Assembly: GCF_006345805.1 (NCBI RefSeq) | Contig: NC_043007.1 | Coordinates: forward strand, 37,014,001-37,078,000 | Reading direction: 5' to 3' | Source of the DNA: Octopus sinensis | Lineage: Eukaryota | Length of the DNA: 64,000 nucleotides | Shown here: piece after piece, positions 13,483-25,540 of the stretch | How positions within the stretch are numbered: position 1 is the first letter of the stretch | How the letters are laid out: each line of letters begins with the position of its first letter | The notes under the pieces: model-generated | The model's database searches: none | Seen by the model: the letters and a program-made list of their open reading frames with translations, nothing else | What the model was told of the DNA's origin: nothing | Translations under genes and position numbers: made by a program

Positions 13483-13870
13483 ATTATGTCCGATTTGAAG
13501 AAGAAATGGTTACAGCTAAGACACATTTGATCATGTCTTCTTGATCATTGCTGACCAGGCCAATCAACAACAACTATCAAATCACATTTATTATCTTAAA
13601 GAATGGAAAGAGGCATCGGATAATGTATTCACTTGTATGTTTTCTTTAAAGCCAAATCTGATCCGGTAATGACCAAGGCTCCTCTGATACCTACCGCCAG
13701 CCTCTTGTCATTGGCGAAATTTGGTGGAAACAACGATGTTAACTCGATACCAGCAAAACTTGCAAGCATATCTGGAATGTAAAACTCCTCGTGAAACATC
13801 CCACCTATGCGCCCCCACTCGTCTCAATCTTTAGGGTTGGTTATTTCCAATTAGATAGTAATTAAGCCGC

Positions 13871-14193
13871 ATATTATTATTTTTTTATTTATGCGCCCTT
13901 TTCAAGCCTAGCCAGGCTCATGGGCCCGGTTTCCCGGTTTCTGTGTTGTATGTGTTCCCTCCAGCTGGACGGGACGCCAGTCCATCGCAGCATTACTCAA
14001 GAAACATGAAGAAAGAGTGAAAGAAAGCTGGGGCGAAGAGTACAACAGGGGTCACCTCCCCCCTGCCGGAGCCTCGTAGAGCTTTTAGGTGTTTTCGCTC
14101 AATAAACACACACAACGCCTGGTCAGGGAATCGAAACCGCTATCCTCCGACCTCGAGTCCGCTTCCCTAACCACTGGGCCATTGCGCCTCCAC
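13871..14193 (-). mobile_element. SINE head D + tail 1
   Basis: Head GTGGAGGCGCAATGGCCCAGTGGTTAGG; tail shared with family C; TSD ATTAAGCCGC (13861-13870, 14194-14203). Confidence 0.85.
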
Positions 14194-14616
14194 ATTAAGC
14201 CGCGTATGTTGACTGATTTCTTTCTATTTTTCAGTGTATCAACTATGGCGTGTCCCAGGGTTTCAGTTTTGTTCCCTATTCACTTTCTTCTCAAACAGCA
14301 ATGGTTTACTTGCCACCATGACGAACAATATTCTCTTATGCAGTTGACATTTGCCTAAATTCCTACAGGACATCATCCTTTCGCAACTTAGACATCACAC
14401 GTCAAACACCCACTGAATTCTGGAAAATACGCCTTGAAAGCATCCTATAATAGGAAGATACCAACCTTGACCCTTTCAATTATAAGAAATCAGATTCATT
14501 ATTTGTATCAAATAAACATCGTCACACCGCACACCAACAACAGCAGTGACAGTAGCAGGAATGGCAATACAGGTAGTAGCACTGATGACAGCAATGACAA
14601 CAGTAGCAACACCATA

Positions 14617-15126
14617 TCTATATATATAAAACTGTAGTTGTGTGAGTGTCTGTCCCCTTCGATTTAGATTCCTAACTGCTCCCACCTTTTTACGGTGCAG
14701 TTTAACCAAATTCGGGTATCTTATAGTCGTGATTCATATCGAGCCCGTCTGACTATTAGCGCGCGTCAACGATGAGTCTACGATTTTAAAAATAATTTAA
14801 CATCATTTTTTATTATATTTTAATGCATAAAATGCATCGTGTGTCGATGGCGGCGGAGTTGGCGTCCACGCTCACAGCTGCACCTGTTTGCTTCTCCCCC
14901 TTCTTCCCTCCCTCGTGAAGCTGTGGGGAAGGGAGTGTAAAGAAATCAACGTCGTAATGCGTTGTGAAGGAGACCAGCGTTCTTTTAGAACAACGGCTTC
15001 ATGGCTTGAAGACACCAAAACAAAAATGGCTAAGAAAGCCCGAATTTATAAGGGAAGTAACTCTCTAAAAATGCTTATATAGTTATTTCCCTTACAAACC
15101 CGAGCAATGCCGGGCGATACTGCTAG
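14617..15126 (+). mobile_element. Non-autonomous Helitron (family H1)
   Basis: 5' TCTATATATATAAAA, 3' hairpin CCCGAGCAATGCCGGG then CTAG, inserted between A and T, no TSD. Confidence 0.85.
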
Positions 15127-15962
15127 TAATGAATAAGAATTGAATAAGTACGCTCGTCCTAAAATGTAAGACATTTTTTTGTCATATCACCGTTGAACAC
15201 TAAATACACACTTCACCTCTACAATCCGGTTCCTTACCGCCGCAAACCATCACTGAATCAAGCAATTGTAGTGATAAACAATCCTCATTAGTGAACAGAT
15301 TTATTTCCTGGAGAAGAATTGCTGCAATTAATTGTCATGTTAAGAGATTCCAGGTAATTTGCACTCTTGGAAAATAAAAAAGTTCAGATCACAATGACGC
15401 GATACGTAATTGAATCCAAATATAATGACGTTGTTGTTGTTGTTGTTATTGATGTCATTATTGTTGTTGTTTTTGCTCTTGTGGCTGTGGTTGTTATTGT
15501 GGTTGGTGCTCTTGTTTTGTTGCCGTTGTTGTAGTTGTTGATGTTATGGTTGTTGCTGCTGGTGTTGTTGTAGCTATGGTTATTGTTGAAGTTGCAATTA
15601 CCGCTGCTGTTGAGTAATCCTCGGTTTTGAGGAAATATACGATCAGAGACTCTCGTTGTGACCATATCGTCAATTTCTTTTTAAAGGTATTGAAGAACAT
15701 TATCCATTGTGTCTTTCCATTTTTAAGACAGTGAAACGAAATTTAGTTGTTTCTAGTACGTCGGATGCCCACATAGAGACACACACACACTCTCTCTCTC
15801 TCTCTCTTGTTGACTTGGGTAAGGAAGAGGGGAGATAGAAGTATATCGTTTGTTCAGAGCGGAGTTTTATTCATGATAAATCTTATCTAATCTTTTGTCA
15901 ATTCCGATCGAACCAAAAAGTAATTATAATTTATATAATTTTTATTAGCTTATTCATTCGGT

Positions 15963-15996
<34 letters not shown>

Positions 15997-16138
15997 ACCG
16001 TCACTACATTTCATTCTCTCTTTTCTTCTCTTTATCTGCCTCTTTCTCACTCTAGTTTATCTCATTCTCTTCTCTTTCTAATCTATAATAAACTTCGTTA
16101 TGTATGTATGCATGTATCTATTTCTCCCTTTCTCTACG

Positions 16139-16170
<32 letters not shown>

Positions 16171-16177
<7 letters not shown>

Positions 16178-16896
16178 AAAATTAAGGGTAGAAATTGATA
16201 TTAGTCAATTAAAACCAGTGGTCTAGCACATTAAAAGAATCCGAAGATTAAAATATTTTATATACCAATTAAGGACTGAACACGAAAAAGTCGTGCTGAA
16301 TTTTATTTTTATTTGAGAACATAATCCTTGTGGAGAATGGCGATTTGACGTCTATATCTAGCATGTTGACTGTCCACCTTTTCGTGTTCAGTCCTTAATT
16401 GGATATAAAATATTTTAATCTTCGGATTCTTTTTAATGTGCTAGACCACTGGTTTTAATTGACTAATATCAATTCTACCCTTAATTTTTAAATATGAATA
16501 TATGTTCTCAAACCGAAAATTGACTGCTGCTAATTATTGCTGCAGGCTAGTTTTTCGATTATCAGCGCGCCAAAAGTAGAGCATTCGAAAGATACATCCG
16601 AACGTAATAGGTGTACTTTTTGCATGCGGGACTCCGGTACCGTTTTTCATCTAGTACAGCATATTATCTCATAACAAACTACGCTGATGAAGCTACAGAT
16701 ATCCTTGTGATATTAATAGCTGAAACTGCAGTACGTAGGTAATTATTCCACTTAGTTTTTTCTTTTGTCTCATCCATTGCTTTAGGTCGTGCTGAATTTT
16801 ATTTTTATTTGAGAACATAATCCTTGTGGAGAATGGCGATTTGACTCTATATCTAGCATATTGACTGTCCACCTTTTCGTGTTCAGTCCTTAATTG
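16171..16896 (+). mobile_element. Penelope pLTR / retrozyme-like non-coding element containing a hammerhead ribozyme
   Basis: ~117-bp inverted arms (16171-16288 / 16379-16495), ~111-bp direct repeat (16290-16401 / 16786-16896; period 496 bp), hammerhead inside the unit. Confidence 0.65.
16679..16738 (+). ncRNA. Minimal type I hammerhead ribozyme
   Basis: Stem I CTACG/CGTAG; core CTGATGA 16684-16690; stem II AGCTA/TAGCT extended by a further 6 bp; GAAA 16722-16725; stem III AC/GT with palindromic TGCA loop; GUA cleavage triplet 16731-16733. Confidence 0.8.
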
Positions 16897-17019
16897 TATA
16901 TATATATATTATATATATATATATTATATTATATATTTATAGTTGTAATAATGAAGTCAAACCACATAGTGATATTTTGAATTCGTTTAATAAGATTCGT
17001 ACAACATAACGGATATGTT

Positions 17020-18830
17020 ATTGAAGCAATCCAAAAGGCAGGGATCCCTGTAATCCCTGGATGCATAGAACATGCATTTGCCATCTGGGAAGCTATCAAC
17101 TGTGCAAAACAACTGAAGAAAAAACCTGTACATTGTATTATCGTATTATCAGAAAGTAGAGAAGCTGCAGATGGAAGGTTAGAGCAGTTGGAGGAACTAA
17201 TAAGGATGGGCGAGAATGAAACTCAAAGCCAAAAAATCTCGAAGCGTGGCTTTCGTGAAAGGAGTCCAAAAAGAAGTGAAATTCAGGATAGGAGGTGGAG
17301 TCTCGGCAGATGGTATAGAGATTTATTAAATGATAAGAAACAAAGTAAAGACTAACACGATTTAGTGGAACAGGGACTAAAGGCAATTGACAGAACATTA
17401 CCAGGGAAATTCAAATGCTGAATACTACAATTTGGACTGTACCCAAGGATGATGTAGCCATTGCAAATGTAGGAAATAGCCTCGAGTTGAGTAGAAAGGA
17501 TGAAACAGAGATGCAGTGCCTTTATCAGAAAATGGCTTGGTCTTCCAAAACCACTGAATACAACTAAACTATATGGAAAGCCCGTGCTGCAACTACCGAT
17601 AACATCAATCACTGAAGAATGTAAGGCAGGAAAGATGCTAAGGACAGTAATGATGCTAAGGACAGTAATGATGCTAAGGTATTCAAAGATCAGAACATCC
17701 GAGAAAACCCCCCAAAGGTACGAACAGTGAGGAAATGGAAAGCGAAGAGGTAGTAAATAGGGCAATCGGAAAGCTGAGGCATGCTGATATAGTCGGAGCG
17801 ACGCAACAAGCAAGAACCGGTCTAGGGTTGCACAATTTCAAGCCATTTTGCATGAGCAGTGTATAAGAGATGAAGGAGGCAGTGGTACACGAAGTAAGAA
17901 AAGAGGAAGAAGAAAGGAGAAATTACATTCGCTGCAATGTAGTCAACAGGGACAGTGTCTGAGATGGGAGGAATGTGTTGTCAGTCGCAGAATCTCATCG
18001 AAGGAACTTTAGGCTTGGGTACAAGCAAGAACACCCTTCCTGATAAAGTCTACCTTCGACGTTTTACCTTCAGCGGCCAATTTAGTCCGGTGGAACGTAC
18101 AAAAAACTGATGAATGTAGATGCAGAGAGAAGGCGACGGTGAGACATGTTCTGTCAAACTGCAGGCTAGCACTAGACAGATATATATGGCGTCACAATCA
18201 AGTCCTCGGTGCCATAAGCGTAGCACTCAAAGAGAAGATCGAGGGATATAATAGGGGAGAACACCCAAAAATGGAAAAGCGCGGAAGGATATGCTTCTAG
18301 AAGGAGGGAAAAGGACATAAGGCCAGGCCTTCAAATAAAGTATACGAAACAGATGAAAGATGGAAGGGATACTGGGAGCTGGACGCAGATTTGGAAAGAC
18401 TGTTAATATTTCCACTCATAAAAGCAACAAAAAGACCTGACTTAATCCTATGGAACACAGAACGGAAGATTGGAATTTTGCTAGAGCTGACAGTGTCATG
18501 GAAAGAGAACATCGCTAATGTGGATCAACGGAAGGAAAAGAGGTATGAGAGATTAATCGAAGAGTGCGGAGGGATGGACTGTCGAGTATTACCACCTGGC
18601 AGTGGGGGCTAGAGGCTTCACTGAAAGGAAAATGGCGGCGTTGTTTAAAAGAAGGTTTGCATTTTCGAGCTCGGAGCTGAAAAATGTAATAAGGAGGATA
18701 CAGGAGGCAGTTGAGAAAAGAAGCTTCTATATGTGGCTGAAACGAGAAGACCCAAAATGGTATGAAAGCCATAACATGCCGGCTGGGAGATACCGTCGCT
18801 AGGTGAAGCTGGCTGACACTTAAGCAGCAT
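17020..18830 (+). mobile_element. Decayed RLE-type non-LTR retrotransposon (HERO-like), 3' portion
   Basis: Post-RT motifs GLKAIDRTLPGKFK and FIRKWLGLP; Zn-knuckle region C-x-C..HVLSNC..RYIWRHNQVL; RLE motif KRPDLILW..LLELTVSW..RKEKRY..GARGF; frameshifted. Confidence 0.75.
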
Positions 18831-19577
18831 CGCTGATTGACAGGTAGGCCAAGGTAGCGATCTCGTTCATAGCACAACCTCCTCCTGGTTCGAAGGCTTG
18901 TACCAGCTGGTCGACTCTGATTGCTGGAACTGAAACTAACACGACACTGTTGGAAGGCAGATTTAGAGAAGGCGCGGGCCAAAACTACGCGCCCTTCCCT
19001 TCCATTGGTCAGTTGAAGCCTAGACAGTGTCACGTGACAGTTAGCTGGTGCTGGTTGCTGGAGCCTACCGGCCGATATTTAAAGGGAGTTTTGGTAGGAC
19101 GGTCATTCGCCCGCTGACATTCATCGAAGCTGCATCGAAGAAACTAAAGAACAAAACGAAAGAGGGGAAATAAAAAAAGCACTCAACACCAGAGCTGAAG
19201 ACACCTCCGAAAGGTGGAGCCACCACGTCGAAAACGGTAGAGGATTAGGGGCCGAAACCGGGTGTAGCTCCTCCTGATGATCCTATAAAGGAGCTGTTGA
19301 GGTAGCGAACCACGAAACGTGGTTGGAATTCCTCGTACGTTTCAGGTTTGCATAATATATAATAAAAACCTTCTTCAGTCAAAGAATTTCAAAATATATG
19401 AGGAAATTGATGGAAAAATTTCAATATATACGTATTTAGAGAAGTAAGTCGACTACTCAGTTAAGAGGATAGACCTGTATACAGAGGAGAGAGAGAAAGA
19501 AACAGGGGGAAAGAGTTGGCTTGCTTTTATTTTTTCAACTTATACGACTGGTGCCAGGACAAACTATTAAGGCTGGA

Positions 19578-19640
19578 AGGCGGCGAGCTGGCAGAAACGT
19601 TAGCACGCCGGACGTTATACTTAGCGGTATTTCACGTTGT
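19578..19640 (+). mobile_element. SINE family A head fragment
   Basis: GGCGGCGAGCTGGCAGAAACGTTAGCACGCCGG. Confidence 0.7.
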
Positions 19641-21168
19641 GAAAGTAACAATAACACTATCTCTTGAAAGTTTGTCCGTAATTTCATTATTAATTTGGTG
19701 AATTCTTCGAAACAGTAATGTATTTCTTTAAAGTAGCTATTGGACATTGTTATAGCCAATCTTTAGGTTTCTATATAAATGTAATATTAACTCTTCCTTG
19801 AAATTATCAAGAGAATGAGGGCATTTCAATAGTAACGACAGAGAGATAAAACTGAGTGTAGCTGAGTGCAAGAACCCTGACTCCCACAGTCCCATGCATT
19901 GGGGGATGGGGAGATAGACAGACAGACAGACAGACAAAGACAGAAGGAAAGAAGGGGGAGATGGAGAAAGAGAAATAAAAAGAGAGAGGAAGTAAGTAAG
20001 GAAAGAGAGAGAGGATTGAGCAATGAAGTTTCAATTTGCACGTCGGAGAAAATACATAACGGCATTTCTTCCGGCATTACCTTCTGAGTTCAAATGCTGC
20101 CGAGATCGATTTTACTTTTCATCCTTTCAGGCTTGATAAAATAAGTACCAGTTGTGCACTGGGGCCGATGTATTTTATTATTCCCTTCAAAAATTTCAGA
20201 CCGTGTGCCTGGAGTAGAAAGCAGAATTATTTATTGTTATCGTTAAATCATAATGTTTTGCAAGTTCTCTGTATAATTTGATGTTAAAAATTCACATATA
20301 AAATTACTATTAGTTATAATTATTACCATTAATGTCTGCTTAATGGGGCATAAACCATGATTTCTTGCCAGCTCGTAACCCTGTCCAAAGTTGGTGCTTG
20401 CGTCAGATTCAACAAATTTACTGAGTAAAACGGTAACGAGTGAAACTGTCTCGTTTGAAGATTGTTGACTGGTCTGTGGTGGTGACTGGTTGAGATAATG
20501 AATGATACGTGTCTTAGGTTGCTTGTTGAAGTAACTGAACAACACCTGCGAACATTTAACATTGAGATTTTATTATCGCACATAAAGACAAACTGCGTTG
20601 GCCTTTTACAGATGACAACAGCTATAATTATATAGTGAGAGAGAGATACTGCTTGGAGCTTACGGCAAGTTGCTGATATGGCAAACTGCGACTTACCCAA
20701 CATAATTGGAAACAATTGTGCTACATTCGTGGCGACGGAGGTTCATGTCATTTATCTGTGCCATCTGTCTTAGTCGACCAACTGATAAAAATGCATGCCG
20801 AACGGTTTTTTTAGGTGACCGGAAGTAAAATTCCAGAATGTTCGAGAAAGCCTCTCCATGCCATCGTTTTGCGCCGATTGACCGGTTAATAGACCGATCA
20901 CGTGAAACTAAGGTGGTTTGCTCGTGATGTCTGACCGCGTATCCGGGTATTCGGTTTCGAATCACTGCCTCAAGACAAAGGCGGTTTTATTGTTTTTTAC
21001 ATTCAATCACCATACTTCGACCCTAAAGTTGTATAATCTTTTCTTCACAATCATGTAATTTTCATCCTAGTATCACAACATTAATATAATACAGGAACGG
21101 TTAGGTGTGAGTCAGTTTCCACCGATTCGTGCGAATCGGTTTGTTTGTATATTTATTTATTTATTTGT

Positions 21169-21199
<31 letters not shown>

Positions 21200-21418
21200 C
21201 TAATGAGAACTGATTATAAACTTTCGTGGGATGTATTTTTACTGCAAGCATTTCCGCCGTAGGAATATTTGGTATATACATTTTTACCGTAAACAATCTT
21301 GCCAGAGAGGAAGGAAGAGACAGGGAGAGAGAGAGAGAAGGAAGAGAGGGAGAAATTATGTGTTTGTGTGTGTGTATGTGTGTGTGTTTGTGTGCGAGTG
21401 TGTGTGCGCGCGCGCGCG

Positions 21419-21459
<41 letters not shown>

Positions 21460-21548
21460 ACGCGCTTGTGCAGAAAAAGAGAGAAAGAGAATGAGGGAAA
21501 GGAAAGAAAGAGATAAGTATATATAGAAAGTGAAATCACAGTGAGGAT

Positions 21549-21595
<47 letters not shown>

Positions 21596-22359
21596 AAACA
21601 AGAAAGAAAGTAAGAAGGAAAGAAAGAAAGAACTAGCGAATGTGTTTGTGAAAAAAGAAATGCACAAAGACAAAAAAAGAAAAAGAAAATAGGGAGAATA
21701 TAGTCGGCACATGCAACACTATATGACTACTAAATGGAAAGAGCAGACGACTTATCACGTGATCAGCAAGTGAAAAGACACCATGCAAATTTGTAATAAT
21801 TTTTTGTTATCTTCTGCTGTAATATATTATTTTGCGCAGTAATATTTCTAAACAAAACCAAGCTACTTTGGTTGAACTTGCAATCTAGTTTGGAGTCTAG
21901 ATGTTAGAAAGAATGTACTTTGTTAGCCATATTAGAAAATAATATCAGTAATGGCGTGTGTTAACCAATAACTTATTTTAAATCTACTGTTAATTCACAG
22001 TCATCAAACACGCTATTGATATTTATAGTTTTTTGGTTTCTAGTTGGAAAAAAAAAAAGGTATTTTGTTCTTACAAGGAAACTACAGATAAAAGTCTAAG
22101 TTCACACGTAGTTTTAAAGAAAAAATATATTATTTAACGTAGACATAATTGTTGCGTGGATAAGATGCAGACATGATTGATTGTATGGTTAAAAAGCTTG
22201 CTTGTGGTTTCAGGTTCAGTTCCACTGCGCAGCACTTTGGGTAAATTTGTTTTACTATTGCCCCTGGCCGACCAATGCTTTAAGAGTGAATTTGGTAGAC
22301 GGAAACTGTGTAGAATTCCGTAATATACATACATACATACATACATACATACATACATT

Positions 22360-22392
<33 letters not shown>

Positions 22393-22408
22393 GTGCATAT
22401 GTATCTGA

Positions 22409-22631
22409 AGGCGGCGAGCTGGGCGAAACGTTAGCACGCCGGGCGAAATGTGTAGCCGTATTTCGTCTGTCGTTACGTTCCGAGTTCAAATTCTGCCGAG
22501 GTCGACTTTGCCTTTTGGGGTTGATAAATTAAGTGCCAGTTACGCACTAGGGTCGATGTAATCGACTTAATCCCTTTGTCTGTCCTTGTTTGTCCCCTCT
22601 GTGTTTAGCCCCTTGTGGGTAGTAAAGAAAT
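22409..22631 (+). mobile_element. SINE family A monomer (small internal deletion)
   Basis: Head, GAGTTCAAATTC, body GTCGACTTTGCC, tail CCCCTTGTGGGTAGTAAAGAAAT. Confidence 0.85.
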
Positions 22632-23283
22632 ATATATATATATGTATATATATATATATTACGGAGATGTACTTGCATAGCGAGGGACCTGATCTGAGAT
22701 CGTGTACTGAAGAAAATTGCAGGGTGGAAGGTGTTTATAAGCCATTTAAAGACACACAAAAACCGTTAGATTCACTTCAACATTTAAATTTAATTTGCCA
22801 AAATATTTTCGTCGCTTTGAGACCACGGCCCGATCACTGAGAAAATTCCGTCCCCACCACCGCTCAATAACCAGTATTGATTTGTTTACGTTCCCGTAAA
22901 TTAGCGGTTTGGCAAAAAGTATGATAGAATAAGTACCACGATTAAAAATAACTTTCAAAGCATTGCCCCAGTATGACCGCACTCCAGTGACTGGAATAAA
23001 TAAAAGATAATATGGCTTCACTATCACCAAATACTTGGGTGCCTTTGGTTTAGGTCACTCTGTTGTAAGCATCTAGATCAGGTATCAACATTGAACCCCC
23101 CCCCTCCTTGGGAGTCTATGAGGCTAATCCTCTAGATCTTCTTTCAGGTAAGTACCTGAAATGATTTTGAGCATTAAGGGTGCTGAATTTACTAATAAAC
23201 TAATTTAATTTAGGGCTAAATCTCACAAATTTCCAGCCAATTGTCAATGTAATAACTAAGGTTCACCAAACACATATTTCACG

Positions 23284-23476
23284 CTTTTACTTGTTTCAGT
23301 CATTTGACTGCAGCCATGCTGGAGCACCGCCTTTAGTCGAGCAAATCGACCCCAGTACGTGATCAGCCTAGTACTTATTCTATCGGTCTCTTTTGCCGAA
23401 CCGCTAAGTTACGGGGACGTAAACACACCAGCATCGGTTGTCAAGCAATGTTGGGGGGACAAACACAGACACACAA

Positions 23477-23508
<32 letters not shown>

Positions 23509-23700
23509 ACACATATATATATATATACATATATACGACGGGCTTCTTTCAGTTTCCGTCTACCAGATTCACTCACAAGGCTTTGGTCGGCCCGAGGCTA
23601 TAATAGAAGACACTTGCCCAAGGTGCCACGCAGTGGGACTGAACCCGGAACCATATGGTCGGAAAGCAAGCCACTTACCACACAGCCACTCCTGCACCTA
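23284..23700 (-). mobile_element. SINE family B, full length
   Basis: Same head, body and tail as other B copies. Confidence 0.85.
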
Positions 23701-23888
23701 TATTAAATACTACATTAAATATTTCGACAATATATTGATATATAATGTGAATGAATTTTTTTTTTTTGGTTTTTATCAATTTCGTTTGGGAATTTCATTA
23801 GATTTCTTTAAATATTTCAAATTAAAAATCGGTAATTACACAAAAGAACAGAGGAAATACTGTTTTTAAAAATCGAGAAATTGTTTTA

Positions 23889-24283
23889 TCTCTCTCTATA
23901 TATAAAGCTGAAGTTGTCTGTGTATGGCAGGTTTGGTAACCTTCAACTAACACTATCTCCTCCGAGACACTGTGGCGCAAGTTGACCAAAATTGAGAGTA
24001 TGATAGAAGAAGGCTTGCTCTTCATTCTGTAGAAGAAAAAATTCAAATCGGATCATGTTAACACCAAAAATTATTTATATCAAAAAGGTGCTTTTTTATA
24101 TATAAAAATCCCTATTTTGCACGATTTTTTGACTGCTGTGTCGCCATTTTTCGGTGTATTTCAACCAGAGAAATGTTCTCTTAAAGAGACTAACAAGCTA
24201 CATAAAGCAACATTTTTACTTTTCAAAGATTCCAATTCTAAAGGTTTGAAACAAACCCGAGCTACGCCGGGCGATACAGCTAG
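23889..24283 (+). mobile_element. Non-autonomous Helitron (family H2)
   Basis: 5' TC..TATATATAAAGCTG, 3' hairpin CCCGAGCTACGCCGGG + CTAG, A|T target; body matches 34140-34525. Confidence 0.85.
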
Positions 24284-24665
24284 TTAACTATAAGTTAAAA
24301 ATTTTTTTTTCGGAATTTACGTGATGGCGGTCGATAAGTTATCAATGATTCCATGAAGGGGTTCAATGATATCAGAAATTTACCGAACCCTGATTTAAAC
24401 CAAGCATCTGAACCGAGAATTTGTACTGATTGAGATATATAAAATACTGATTGATTGATAAATTGACTGAGTGACTGATTAATTGTTGAAATGATCGATT
24501 GGAAGGCACTCACAAAAATAATGACATGTCTAGTGTTATTTCAGTTTGTTGTCAAGTGTAGGTATCAATAATCTTTGAATAGTCACACACACACACACAC
24601 ACACGCGGGGAGATGGAGAGAGAAACATGCATACATGTACGCACATGCTTTCACACACAAAAGTA

Positions 24666-24700
<35 letters not shown>

Positions 24701-24808
24701 TGCGTGCCTGCGTGTGTATGTGTGTGTGTGTAGACATACACGCACACATACGTACATAAATATTGAATGACAGGAGATAGAAGAAGCGAGAGAGGGACAG
24801 ACAGAGAG

Positions 24809-24809
<1 letters not shown>

Positions 24810-24849
<40 letters not shown>

Positions 24850-25178
24850 AAGAAAGAAAGAAAGGAAGAAAGAAAGAAGAAAGAGAGAAAGAAAGAAAGA
24901 AAAAAGAAAGAAAGAAGGAAAGAAAGAAAGAAAAAAGAAAAAAGAAAGAGAAAAAGAAAGAAAGAGAAAAAGAAAGAAAGAGAAAAAGAAAGAAAGAAAA
25001 AAGAAAGAAAGAAGGAAAGAAAGAAAGAAAAAAGAAAGAGAAAAAGAAAGAAAGAAAAAAGAAAGAAAGGAAAAAGAAAGAAAGTAAGAAAAAAGAAAGA
25101 AAGAAAGAAAGAATGAAAGAAAAAAGAAAGAAAGAAAGAAAGAAAAGAAAAGAAAGAAAGAAAGAAAGAAAGAAAGAA
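24810..25178. repeat. (GAAA)n-rich array
   Basis: Direct inspection. Confidence 0.95.
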
Positions 25179-25540
25179 GCCCATAGAAAGAGAAATACAC
25201 AAACCTTTGAACGCAAAATCAGGTATTGACAACAATGGCGTCCAACGTCACGTGACACCAGTCAAGGCTAGGGATCACCTCATATAAACGAATGACATAC
25301 TTAAATATACACCCACGTACATAGGAAAAATTCGATATCAAATACACGAGTGCGCATAGAGAAAAGGCTTAGGCTTGCTTAATCAATCTCATATGGAGAA
25401 GCAAACACGCAGCCAGAATCACTTATTAAACACGAAGGAATACCTTCCGCTAAGCACGAAAATGTTCACGCACAAAAAAAATCAGTCAGATATGCAAGGT
25501 TTACGAATAGGTGACATATTCATAAACTGAACAGACACAG

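Noticed and set aside
17352-19033. Minus-strand ORFs of 153 aa and 172 aa
   Set aside because: Antisense shadows of the GC-richer HERO-like LINE; no recognisable domain.
24536-25258. Long F/L/S-rich and K/E/R-rich ORFs
   Set aside because: (GAAA)n microsatellite read in several frames.
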